NCBI GenBank assembly: GCA_951406725.2
Contig: OX597832.1
Coordinates: 22,258,001-22,322,000, forward strand
DNA: 64,000 nt
DNA from: Octopus vulgaris
Taxonomy: Eukaryota
Direction: 5' to 3'
Positions within the stretch are counted from its first letter, which is position 1; the number at the start of each line of letters is the position of its first letter. Positions 12,317 to 24,648 of the stretch are shown here, in pieces. Under the pieces are notes generated by a model. That model was not told where the DNA came from, ran no database searches, and was given only the letters and a program-made list of their open reading frames with translations. The translations under genes and the position numbers were made by a program.

Positions 12317-13079
12317 TCTTTATATATAAAAGTAAGGTTGTGTGCTATCTGTCTCCTACGATTTAGATTCCTAACTACTCCCACATTTTGCGGTGCAGTG
12401 TAACCAAAACCGGGTATCTTATAGTCGTAATTCATATTGAGCCCTTCTGGGTATTAGCGCGCGTCTACGATGAGTCTACGATTAAAAAAAAAATTACCAT
12501 CATTTTTTCTATTTTAATGCATTTTGTTAGCTATTATATAAGGGAAGTAACTCTCTAAAAATGTCTACGATGAGTCAACGATTTAAAAAAAAATTACCAT
12601 CATTTTTTTCCCATTTTTAATGCATTTTTTGCTATTTTTTGGCCATAACTCTCTAAAAATGCTTTATAGTTATTTCCCTTACAAACCCGAGCAACGCCGT
12701 GCGATACTGCTAGTTATATATAAAAGAGAGGTTGTGTGCTGTCTGTCTACTCCGATTTAGATTCCTAACTACTCCCACATTTTGCGGTGCAGTGTAACCA
12801 AAACCGTGTATCTTATAGTCGTGATTCATATCGAGCCCTTCTGGGTATTAGCGCGCGTCTACAATGAGTCTACGATTTTAAAAATAATTTACCATTAATT
12901 TTTTCCATTTTTAATGAATTTTTGGCATATATAAGGGAAGTAACTCTCTAAAAATGTATTATTAAATCTCAGAACGTAAAAAGCTACATATTAAGATGGC
13001 TATTATACTTTACATCTCTAAAAATGCTTATATAGTTATTTCCCTTACAAACCCGAGCAACGCCGGGCGATACTGCTAG
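12317..13079 (+). mobile_element. Head-to-tail Helitron dimer
   Basis: Two units each ending in hairpin plus CTAG (12710-12713, 13076-13079). Confidence 0.88.
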
Positions 13080-13712
13080 TATATTATATAATAATTCATA
13101 TTAATTTTCTCAGACTCATCTAATTGGTATATTATCGTTTATTTTTCTTTTGTATTTCGTTTTTGACCCCTTCTTAGAAGCCATGAAAACATGTTAGAAC
13201 AATGTAATCCACAACTGCGATCCCTATTTTTTGGCCTCTTTTTGTCAATTCGGCCCACGAGCGTGAATTCATTAAAAAGCATATTTCGACCATAACCAGA
13301 CAGAATGCAGAAACATAGGTATAAACCAAGAAAAATGGTACGATAAAGAATATGAACAAAAGGAGTGAAAAATAAACTGAGACATATGTAAAGAAGTAAA
13401 TCAGAGGCACTTCAGACTTCATGGTTGTTGGTTGTTGGTATGTGTGTTGTAAGTTCATAAGTAAAAGCCTACGCGTCATTATGCAAACAGAAGCGTTTTG
13501 TTTTATTCCGGTTTTTACTTACAACATAGTCGTGTTACAGAGATGTGTAAATTTTGAGATATAATCTTTTTGACCGGTTCACAAGCAGAGTAAACGGTTA
13601 TTGAAGCGAGAGGGACCTACAAAATCTTCATGATAATGGAGAAGCGATTTTAACAATCCTTGTTAATGCAGTCGTGATATAAAGATACATAAACTGTGTT
13701 TAATTAATCATG

Positions 13713-13825
13713 CTGACTGGTTCATAAGCAGACGACATTTGTTCTACTGACTGGTTCATAAGCAGACGACATTTGTTCTACTGACTTGTTCATAAGCAGA
13801 CGACATTTGTTCTACTGATTGGTTC
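13713..13825. repeat. 34-bp minisatellite (duplicate of 8300-8412)
   Basis: Same unit. Confidence 0.9.
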
Positions 13826-14214
13826 GTAATCACAAGTGATCGATATATGGAGAGTAATGGTGGAACGAATATGGAAAGTAACAAACGTTTAAAAATGATT
13901 TACCATTTCCAACGTTTCATCAATATCTTTTCTCTCCGATCTCACAGATCTTGTTAATCTGCAAAGTGAATTAAAATGTATGGCTGGCGTACCAATAAAA
14001 TAAAGAAAAAAAAAAGAACGGAAACAGGAGATGTATGAAATAATTTGGAACAACAAAGGCAAAAACTATGATTAAATGACGATAAAATGTAAACCAGATA
14101 AACCAACAATAATGATGATAATAATAATAATAAACATCTGACGTCATCAATAATGGCAACGTCATATCTAATAGTGGTTTCCAACTATTATATAGGGAGC
14201 CGGTTTCCAACAAA

Positions 14215-14515
14215 GATACAAGGCTCCATCTTTGAGATGTAGTTAACACAGACAAATTCAAATTTGGAACTTGAGAAAAGTCTTGCATATTTTTACTGCT
14301 CCACTCACAGATTGCACTTGTAATGTACAAATTAGCCGATCGGTTTCTCTCTGAAAATCCCAGTTTATCCAGATTCTCCTTTAAGCATTTACTAACAAAA
14401 CCTAGTTGTTTTCTGTTGGACGCTTCCTGTTTCCATAAACTTTTTATGCCAGGCACAGATGCTCAAACAAGACGGTTCTTCTTTTTCATACATCGCACTG
14501 TAATTCCACGAGACC
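14215..14515 (-). pseudogene. RLE-type LINE C-terminal remnant
   Basis: LGFVSKCLKENLDKLGFSE/TDRLICTLQVQSVSGAVKICKTFLKFQI* with one frameshift; relatives at 32440 and 41010. Confidence 0.65.
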
Positions 14516-14590
14516 TGAGTGTCTGATTTGATCTCTATGAACCAGGATGCACATTGAGCTCTCTTGTCATATTATTTTCAATAAAACTCG

Positions 14591-15099
14591 ACGAGAAAGG
14601 GATGGCCTCCCTTTGCAAATACCATAAGAGCACATATAGTGTGCCTAAAGCCAGCTGGAGACGATGATCTCCTGGGGCTAAAAAGCTAAAGTAACACCCA
14701 CCCTTTGTGGTTAGCCATATTGAGATGGCTATTATACTTTACATTGTCGAGCGATTACTATTTACTTCTCGTTCTGAGATTTATTAATACTTACATACAG
14801 TTTTTCGAAATCAGTGGCAGAAGTCACTAGAAAAACTCTTATATATTTGCATACAGGCTTTTTCTTTCATCGTGATCTGGAGATCACCATCCGTTGATAA
14901 GAGGCAATAACCTCGAAACCGCGGTCCGGTGCGTATCACTTAGGCTTACGAGAAAGGGATGGCCTCCCTTTGCAAATACCATAAGGGCACAGATAGTGTG
15001 CCTAAAGCCAGCTGGAGACGATGATCTCCTGGGGCTAAAAGCTACAGTAACACCCACCCTTTGTGGTTAGCCATATTGAGATGGTTATTATACTTTACA
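14591..15099 (+). repeat. About 150-bp direct repeat pair, probably Helitron-associated
   Basis: ACGAGAAAGGGATGGCCTCCCTTTGC...ATACTTTACAT at 14591-14743 and 14948-15100. Confidence 0.75.
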
Positions 15100-15780
15100 T
15101 CAGAGATGATAATAGTCCCAAATTTTGGCACAAAGCCTGCAATTTCGGGAGTGGCTGTAAGTCGATTACATTGACCCCAGTGTTAAGCTGGTACTTATTT
15201 TTATCGACCCCAATAGAACGAAAGGCAAAAATCGAAGCCTACGATATTTGAACTAAGAGCGTATAGCCTGAAAAAAAATGCTGCTAAACATTTTACCGGC
15301 GCGGTAACAATTCTGCCTGTTGGCCGCCTTTTGGCAACAATTTCAATTTTTGACACAAGGGCAGCTATTTCGGGAGTAAGGAATAAGTTGTTCAATTGGT
15401 GTTCAATTGGTACTTATTTTATCGATCCCGAAAGGGATAAAAAGACAAAGTCGACCTCGCCAGTATTTGAACTCAGATCATAAAGACCTACGAAATGCCG
15501 CAAGGCATTTTGCTCGGCGTGCTAACGTTTCTGCCAACTTGCCGCATAAAAGGAGAGGGTAACTGTAAATATCTTTAAAGACAAACGAAATTGATTGAAA
15601 TATTAAAACAAAGTACTTAAATGAAAACTTTAATAGTATTTATTTAACATGCAAAGAACTTGATTGATGGCTCTCAGCTTTGTAGACACAATAAACTGTG
15701 GATGTTGTAAAGATAATTTATGAACACTATGTATGTATAATTTTGTTTACGAGTGAAAGAAGCGCGTCTGCCAGTCGTTT

Positions 15781-15788
15781 CTTCCTTC

Positions 15789-15867
<79 letters not shown>

Positions 15868-15896
15868 TTTTCCTTTTTCTCTTTCTTCCTTCTTTC

Positions 15897-15943
<47 letters not shown>

Positions 15944-16074
15944 TCATTCTTTCATTCTTTCTTCCTTTCCTTCTTTCTTTCTTTCTTTCTTTCTTCCTTC
16001 TTTCCTTTCTTTGTTTCTTTCATTCTTTCATTCTTTCTTTCTTTTTCTTTCTTTCTTTCTTTCTTTCTTCTTTC

Positions 16075-16148
<74 letters not shown>

Positions 16149-16208
16149 TTTCCTTCCTTCCTTCCTTCCTTCCTTCCTTCCTTCTTCTTTCTTTCTTTCT
16201 TTCTTTTT

Positions 16209-16240
<32 letters not shown>

Positions 16241-16270
16241 TCCTTTCTTCCTTCCTTTCTTTCTTTGTTC

Positions 16271-16322
<52 letters not shown>

Positions 16323-16341
16323 TTTCGTTCGTTCGTTCGTT
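15781..16341. repeat. (CTTT)n/(CCTT)n microsatellite
   Basis: Seen directly. Confidence 0.97.
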
Positions 16342-17079
16342 ATCTGCACCATTGCCGGCAAAAATCAAAGACGAACAACCACTGCTCCGCGTTCCAAATT
16401 CAAATCCTACCGTGACCATCTCTGCTTTTCAATTCCCATTATCCCACCGCGCGTCGGCCTCGATTAAAATAAATACACCAAAGAAGTTCCAAAGCCGATT
16501 TAATTGTCTACATGCCTCTCTCACTATACTTGGCCTTATTCCAACATTAGACGCCATTATTACAACAGCATACAGACACCATCGAGAGAAAACAGGTAAA
16601 CCTCTAATGTTTTGTTTTCCTTCGTTCCAAATCAAATAAAGCGATGCGTTTCTCCGCTTCACGGACCAGTGCCACAGAAAAGGCTTTAATTAGGATATAT
16701 CGGGGTACTGATTACTAATAAGCCTCAGAAATATTACTTAATCTACAATTAAGTGGGGGAGAATTGATATCTAACGTGTTACGTACAGAAAGTATTTAAG
16801 TCTACAGAGAACGTACGTAGATTACATTTGGGAAACAAGTCCAATCTTATCTGATTTTTTATGATTTCTATCTGCCAGGGGTTGAGATGGGACGTGGCCT
16901 AGTGCTTAGGGGTGTTGCACTCCCGATCGCATGGTCATGGTTTCGATTCCCGAACCGTGTGGTACTTTATTATATTTTCTTTCAGTAAAACACTTTCATG
17001 TTGCTCTACCATCACATCAACATCTGACGTGTTACACGCCGTTCCCCTATTTAAGCAATGCTGATTTTATATACATTTA

Positions 17080-17256
17080 CATATATACGACGGGCTTCTT
17101 TCAGTTTCCGTCTACCAAATTACCAAATCCACTCACAAGGCTTTGGTTGGCTCGAGGCTATAGTAGAAGACACTTGCCCAAGATGCCACGCAGTGGGACT
17201 GAACCCGGAACCATGTGGTTGGTAAGTAAGCCACTTACCACACAGCCACTACTGCG
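17080..17256 (-). mobile_element. Family B SINE 5' half
   Basis: Reverse complement of head and CORE block. Confidence 0.8.
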
Positions 17257-17355
17257 ATAAAATAAATACTATTTGAAGACTGGGGTCAATGTAATCGACT
17301 ACCCTCTCCTCGAAATTGCTGGCCTTGTGCCAATATTTAAATATTGTTGTTGTTG

Positions 17356-17414
<59 letters not shown>

Positions 17415-17418
17415 TTTA

Positions 17419-17980
17419 TTATTGAGTGAGGGAACAGTGCATGCCTTCAAAGTGACACTAGGGTACAAATATACGAAGCCCACTATACCCATCATGACTA
17501 ACTGTCTGATAAGGTCACACCAGGCACATGCATCACAACCATATGTGCGCGACATGGTGATCTCATATCAAGATAAACAGTGCATGACCTTGCAGGTGGG
17601 ACCCAGTTAGAATTTTCTTCTGGTCGAGTAACCTATCCCGTTCAAAAGGTTCCTGAATAAGGGTTGTTTAAGGATGTTTAACAAAACACCACCCATGTTT
17701 CCAGAGGTGAATTATTCAAACTCCAAAGAATCCCTCTCAACACGTGGCTATGATGCTCCCCAACTACTTCTGCTCGTGGTCAGAGATGCACATATCGTCA
17801 ACCACTAAGGGACATGCTCAGCTGGTGAAGGTCAAACAACTGACAAGCAAATCTGGGGTATTGGGCAGAATATTTGCTGTAGCCCATCTTTCATACCAAG
17901 ACAAAACAATGTACACGATAACACTTCCAATCAGTTAAGATCAGAAGCCACGAGAGCCACTGCATGGTACTGCATCAAGG

Positions 17981-17985
<5 letters not shown>
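17419..17985 (-). mobile_element. About 560-bp non-coding element within (TAA)n
   Basis: Flanked both sides by (TTA)n; inverted copy at 63484-64000; fragment at 34738-34801. Confidence 0.75.
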
Positions 17986-18040
<55 letters not shown>

Positions 18041-18828
18041 CATCGCATGTAGATATCAAGATAATAGCTATTATTTTCCTTCTTTCCAAATTAGATAAAG
18101 TAATACATTTATCTGCTTCATGGTCTGGTACCACAAGAAATCTTTAATTACGATATAAAGAAGAAGAACTAATTGCCAATACGGTCTTGAATTCTTACAT
18201 AATCTACAATTAGGTGAAAGTATTACGATTTAACATTGTTATGTTAAGCAAGAATTTACGCCTACTGTGATTTAACAGAAGAACCGTCCTAGCTTCTTAT
18301 CTCCTTTGATTATATGATTTCCCGAATTGGCCCAGAGCCATAATTATTTTAAATTGGAGGTTAAACTGTAAGACATCGGCACTTACCCGTCATTGATTCT
18401 TAATTTACCGATCCTTTTTGTTCAAAGCGATATCAACATTCTGTCGCAGTTCTTGTTTTTGTTTTGCGAAGTGTCAGTCTCGATCGAGTAGGAATATGGT
18501 GAAACACGTTCCAGCCAATTATTTTCTTGATGATTATGTATCATGACATGGGTGTGTTGTTAAGAAATACGCCTCGCAAACAAGTGGTTTTGAGCTTCGA
18601 GTAAAGTCCAACCACGCGGTACCGTGGCCAAGGAGCTTTTCTGCGATAGCCCAGGGCCGACTGATTCCTTGTGAGTGGATCTGGTGGACGGAAGCTGTAC
18701 GGAAAGATCATCGAATGAATATGTGTATATGTAAGTGGGCGCTTGTGTGTGTGTGCATACGTATGCAGGTATGGGTCTGTGTGTATGTGCATACGTACGC
18801 AGGTATGGGTCTGTGTGTGTGCGTGTAT

Positions 18829-19420
18829 GTGTTTATGTTTGTCTCTCGAACTACTTAATAAGCGGTGTTGGTTTGTTTGCGTCCAAAGAAAGCCGATAGA
18901 ATATGTATATGTTTATATGTAAGTGTACGCTCGTGTGTGTGCATACGTATGTATTTATGTATGTATGTATGTATGTATGTATGTATGCGTCTGTGTGCGC
19001 GCGCGTTTGTGTGTGTGTTTATGTTTGTCTCTCGAACTTCTTAATAAGCGGTGTTGGTTTGTTTGCGTCCAAAGAAAGCCGATAGAATATGTATATGTGT
19101 ATATGTAAGTGTACGCTTGTGTGTGTGTGCATACGTATGTATGTATGTATGTATGTATGCATGTATGTATGTATGTATGTATGTATGTATGTATGTATGT
19201 ATGTATGTATGCATGCATGCATGTATGTATGTATGTATGTATGCATGGATGCATGCATGCATGTATGTATGTATGTATGTATGTATGTATGTATGTATGT
19301 ATGTATGTGTCTGTGTCTGTGAGTGTGCGCCTGTGTGTGCGTGTTTATGTTTGTCCCTCGAACTACTTAATAAGCGGTGTTGGTTTGTTTGCGTCCTAAG
19401 AAAGCCGATAGAATATGTAC
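18829..19420 (+). repeat. Triplicated diverged SINE B 3' module with (TATG)n spacers
   Basis: GTTTATGTTTGTCTCTCGAACTACTTAATAAGCGGTGTTGG...GCCGATAGAATATG three times. Confidence 0.85.
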
Positions 19421-19639
19421 ATGTACAAACTTAAAGATAAGCACTGGAAGTAGATCTGTTCGACAGAAAGCAATATTTATAATAAAACTATTGAAAAGGT
19501 TGCAAGACGCAACGAAAATTTTATAAAATAAAAGTAAGAAAAAAGTGGAAATTTTCCTGGTGCGTGTGTTAAATCATAAGGCACAAAAAGAGAATGACCC
19601 TCCACAGACACAACAGAATATAATTTCTAACTTTGGACA

Positions 19640-19762
19640 AACCACATGGTTCCGGTTCAGTCCAACTGCGTGGAACCTTGAGCAAGTGTCTTCTACTATA
19701 GCCTCGGCCGACCAAAGCCTTGTGAGTGGATTTGGTAGACGGAAACTGAAAGAAGCCCGTCG

Positions 19763-19828
<66 letters not shown>

Positions 19829-20032
19829 TGTGTCTGTTTGTCCCCCTAGCATTGCTTGACAACCGATACTGGTGTGTTTACGTCCCCGTTACTTAGCGGT
19901 TCGGCAAAAGAGACCGATAGAATAAGTACTGGGCTTACAAAAGAATAAGTCCCGGGGTCGATTTGCTCGACTAAAGGCTGTGCTCCAGCATGACCGCAGT
20001 AAAATGACAAACAAGTAAAAGAGAAAAAGAAA
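19640..20032 (+). mobile_element. Family B SINE, 5' truncated
   Basis: Matches other family B copies. Confidence 0.85.
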
Positions 20033-20034
20033 AC

Positions 20035-20215
20035 TACTTTATGTTATATTTCGGGACGGTTATTTTCTGCCAGATAAACACACGCACTGTATATTCATTC
20101 TTCGCTAATTTATTATTGTTCTTATTTTATTTTGTGCTGATTGTCTGGAAATCTTTCGTCACGCATCTGTGACCTCTTCAGCGACCCTCTCCCTCCACGT
20201 GTTCCTCCTGATCAG
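20035..20215 (-). mobile_element. Penelope-like fragment with canonical-core minimal hammerhead (20143-20185)
   Basis: Reverse complement GTCG-CTGAAGA-G-GTCAC-AGATGC-GTGAC-GAAAGATTTC-CAGAC; related to 34290-34740. Confidence 0.7.
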
Positions 20216-20358
20216 CTTAGTCCATTAGTTAATGTTAAAGATTTATTTTTAATCCCTATAAAAAAATCTGTTTCGTTTATTTAAATCCTTAAATCCTTAA
20301 AAATGTTTTAGCCCGAAGGCCGCGGCCATGCTGGGGCACCACCGCTGAAAAGTTAAGT

Positions 20359-20419
20359 TGCATCGGCCGGGAAACGAACCCGGGCCGCCCGCGTGGCAGG
20401 CGAGCATTCTACCACTGAA
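20359..20419 (-). pseudogene. tRNA-Gly(GCC) pseudogene lacking the first 10 nt
   Basis: Reverse complement TTCAGTGGTAGAATGCTCGCCTGCCACGCGGGCGGCCCGGGTTCGTTTCCCGGCCGATGCA; 5' acceptor strand absent; T at position 58. Confidence 0.92.
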
Positions 20420-20810
20420 TAAATTTATTTATTACTTTTTTGGACAATCACATCGTATATATAACCGAACGTGGACTTATGGCCAGTGAATCACGTCTGA
20501 TATTTAAGACACAAGTCTATGTCGGTTGTTATTCTAAACTAGTCAAAACCAGACAAAATGCAGCTGGTGGGACTTCCTCAGTGGCTCGCCTAAAGCAAAA
20601 TTACATTCAATTTTATTCGTAGTCACGCCTTGAATTTTAATCGTAGTCACGATGAGTCACGCCTCGTGCGGCCTGCTTCTCGAAAAAGTTGCTCATACCT
20701 GTAATTCAAGAATCATTAAGTTGCCATTTCCTAGAAATAAGTTGTTCGTCAATCTGAGTCGACGTACTGTTTCGAATCATACAATGAACTGTTTTATGTT
20801 ACTCCACAAC

Positions 20811-21177
20811 AGTGGATTTAGCAGACGGAAACTGAGAGAAGCATGTCGGCATTTTTTTTCCCTCCTTCTTCCATTTCTTTTGGACATTCCTATGTCTCCT
20901 GTTTCCGAAGAAGAGCTATGCTCGAAACATCCACTCTTTCTTTCCTTCTCTGAGCGTCTCATTAATACTTTGCATATACTACGTCCGCGCTTTGCTGTTC
21001 TTTTCTTGTCTTTAAAATATATATATATATAGTATGTTTAGCGGTTCGGCAAAGGAGACCGATAGAATAAGTACTGGGCTTACAAAGAATAAGTCCCGGG
21101 GTCGATTTGCTCGACTAAAGGCGGTGCTACAGCATGGCCGCAGTAAAATGACTGAAACAAGTAAAAGAGTAAAAGAG
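20811..21177 (+). mobile_element. Family B SINE pieces with a hammerhead element (about 20850-21016) in place of the internal microsatellite
   Basis: SINE 5' part, then CCGAAGA-A-GAGC-TAT-GCTC-GAAACATC element and (TA)n, then SINE 3' part. Confidence 0.7.
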
Positions 21178-21272
21178 TATGTATATATATAATGTGTGTG
21201 TGTGTGTATGTGTGTGCGTGTGTGTATATGTGTGTGTGTGTGTGAGAGTGAGTGTGTGTGTGTATAAATATA

Positions 21273-21722
21273 AAGCGGCGAGGTGGCAGAAACAGCATGC
21301 CGGGCAAAATGCTTAGCGTTATTTCGCTTGTCTTTACGTTCTGAGTTCAAATTCCGCCGAGGTCGACTTTGCGTTTCATCCTCTCGGAGTTGATAAATTA
21401 AGCACCATTTGCGTACTGGGGATCGATCTTATCGACTTTCCCCCTCCCCTCCAAATTTCGGGCCTTGTGCCTAGAGAAGAAACGATTATATATATATATA
21501 TATTTCTTTACTACCCACAAGGGGCTACACACGGAGGGGACAAACAAGGACAGATAAACGTATTAAGTCGACCCCAGTGCGTAACTGGTACTTAATTTAT
21601 CGACCCCGAAAGGATGAAAGGCAAAGTCGACCTCGGCGGAATTTGAACTCAACGTAACGGCAGACGAAATACGGATACGCACTTCGCCCGGCGTGCTAAC
21701 GTTTTTGCCAGCTCACCGCCTT
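21273..21722. mobile_element. Tail-to-tail inverted pair of family A SINEs
   Basis: Plus copy 21273-21485, short (TA)n, minus copy 21503-21722. Confidence 0.85.
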
Positions 21723-21733
21723 TCGATTATATA

Positions 21734-21837
<104 letters not shown>

Positions 21838-22886
21838 TATATATATATATATGCTTGTGTATCTTTGTGTCTATGTTTGTCCCCACATCACCACTTGATA
21901 ACTTGTGTTGGTGTGTTTAAGTGCTGTAACTTAGCAGTTCGGCAAAAAAATTCAATAGAATAAATACCAGGTTTTTAAAATAAAAAAACTACTGGGGTCG
22001 ATTCCTTCGACTAAAGATTCTTCAAGGCGGTGCCCCAGCATGGCCGCAGTCTAATGAGCGAAACAAGTAAACGATAAATGATATAATTTCTATTTCCTTA
22101 AGCATTTTGAAATTTTATTTTAGAGTAATATGTAAAGAATATATACGTGCATACATGAATAGCAAGAGGCATGCGTAATATATACAAGCATATATGTATG
22201 TATACACGTATGACTAAATCTCTCTCTCTCTCTCTCTTTCTTTCTCTCTCTCTTTCTCCATCACACACGCGCACACAGGAAAAGAAAAAAAAAGAACTTT
22301 CAAATACAACGGAAACCAAACCGGTTGGCAGAAATAAAACGTTGGAATCTAAGTTATTTACAGTTTAAGAGTTGAAGCGACTGAAAATTCCTATAAATCT
22401 GTTAAAGATTATTCCAAGAAGTTTTATCTTTGTATTCCAATGAAATTCTAGTAACGTAATTACTAAACTTAATGGTCAGAAAATATATAAATAAAAAACA
22501 TTTACAAAAGTCGTTAAGACTACAGAAAAACAAGAACGATTAATCTTCCTAGTAAATCATGTGGAAAGTTTGGAGCGGAAAACATTTTGGTTGCCGAGAT
22601 TTTTGAAATGAAGAAATTTAACATGTCGACGATTTAAAATATGCCAGGCTTGCCTCTGGACTAAAATTCTTTTAGCACGGTTTAGGCTGTGTGATTGTGT
22701 AGGCGTAGTCTGGCATAGCGGTGTGGTGGTGTGGTTAAGAAACTTATTTCTAAATCATCTGGTTTCTGTTTCAATTCCCTCTCACTCCGCGGCACCTTGG
22801 GCAAGTATTTTCTACAACGGCCCCGAGTTGAACGATGCCATGTGAGTGAATTTGGTAGACGGAAACTGAAAGAAACCAATCATATT

Positions 22887-22940
<54 letters not shown>

Positions 22941-22959
22941 GATAGATAGATAATATAAT

Positions 22960-23705
22960 AAAGAGGGTAAATAATTTTTTCCGTGGTTTTTTAGACAACC
23001 AACAATTATTTACCGGTAAATTTCGGTATGTAAATATGACTTTTAGCGTCAGGAACTTCTGTAGAGTTCGGTATATATAGTAAATATAATTAAAAGAGTA
23101 GGCAACAGGTTGCCTTGCCGCATACCGAAAGAATTAGAAATGGCAGTCAAAGACTGTGTATTTCCATTTTCTACAAGTGGAGGCTCCATATACGACATAA
23201 CCCTGCGATTCACATACGCAAAATCGGAGTAGTAAATAAACGAAAACAATCTCTTACCGTTAATGGCGAACATGTTTCTAGATCGTAGGCTAGAAATTGC
23301 CTAATTTCTTTCGTCAGCACCATATTCGATAGATTTATCAAATGCCACCAGCCTCCACCTCTGACCAGGCGTCATCAGATAGTGGGGGGAAGTGTGCATA
23401 TGCTAAAACTAAGTAAATGACTGGGACCGTAAATTTTCCCTCCAAAATTCTACTATGCGCGCCACCGGGATGATCGCAATGGAGGCTGGTGGCATTTGAT
23501 AAATCTATCGAATATGGTGCTGACGAAAGAAATTAGGCAATTTCTAGCCTACGATCTAGAAACATGTTCGCCATTAATGGTAAGAGATTGTTTTCGTTTA
23601 TTTACTACTCTGATTTTGCGTATGTGAATCGCAGGGTTATGTCGTATATGGAGCCTCCACTTGTAGAAAATGGAAATAAACAGTCTTTGACTGCCATTTC
23701 TAATT
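22960..23705. mobile_element. Fold-back element with 226-bp inverted arms
   Basis: Arms 23132-23357 and 23480-23705, about 3 mismatches seen, 122-bp spacer, microsatellite flanks. Confidence 0.9.
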
Positions 23706-23769
23706 ATATATAGATACATACATACATACATACATACATACATAGGTATAAACTTTTTTCCCAACAAGC

Positions 23770-23952
23770 CGCCATACTTGATCGCTAAATCTACAAGTTT
23801 TTTTTCTCTCTCTTTTTCTTTTCTTTTTTGACTTTCTGTTGAAGAGCGTAGGCTCGAAATGTAAAAGACTTTCTCACTTTCCCAAGCATCAAACTAATAC
23901 ACCTGCCTGTTGTTCATACACCTGTCTTCGTCTTTTGTTTTTCTGTAATTTT

Positions 23953-23957
<5 letters not shown>
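23770..23957 (+). mobile_element. (TA)n-associated element with CUGUUGA-core hammerhead variant (23832-23867)
   Basis: CTTT-CTGTTGA-A-GAGC-GTAG-GCTC-GAAATGTA-AAAG. Confidence 0.7.
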
Positions 23958-24017
<60 letters not shown>

Positions 24018-24617
24018 AAATAGAAAGAGAGAGTGGGAAAAGCGATAGGTTGATCTACATATACAGGTAAAATATCTTTTATCTTTTTTTTTTTGCTTGT
24101 TATGAAATATTGTGTCAAATTTAATTTACATTTCATCTGGTAATTTTTATCTGGTAATCGAAAATCAACCGTTTAATTTATCGTCTGCTAATCTACAAGT
24201 TTTAGCCCGCTGGAGGTTGTATCAACCATATTGGTATGGAGTCTTCTAGAAGAATAAATTCCATCAAATCACACACATACACACACATCAAGTAATTAAA
24301 ATGTAAATTAAACTTGAAACATGAAATGATCTTTCTATAGCTTGAAATTAAGTTGCTGTGCAAAAATCGAGGATTTTTGCACGAGAGACAAGATTGATAG
24401 ATGGTTTGTGTAGGAACAACTTGGAAGTGCTAATTTGAGTTGACGAAATGAGCTGGGGGCGCCTTCGTGCAGTATTAAACATGGTCGTCTAGATTTCAGT
24501 AGATACCTGAATGTATCTACGGAATTATATATGTATTTGACTGTCTGTCTGTCTGTCTTTTTATCAATTTATCTATCTATCTTTGAGAGTGTGTGTGTGT
24601 GTGTGTGTGTGTTAGTG

Positions 24618-24648
<31 letters not shown>

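Larger units (their letters stand above)
11056..15574 (+). repeat. Local segmental duplication, copy 2
   Basis: 11056-11615 matches 633-1205; 11991-14182 matches 6946-8788; 14516-15574 matches 9611-10785 with different insertions. Confidence 0.85.

Noticed and set aside
20359-20419. Functional tRNA-Gly gene
   Set aside because: First 10 nt including the acceptor strand are missing and A58 is changed
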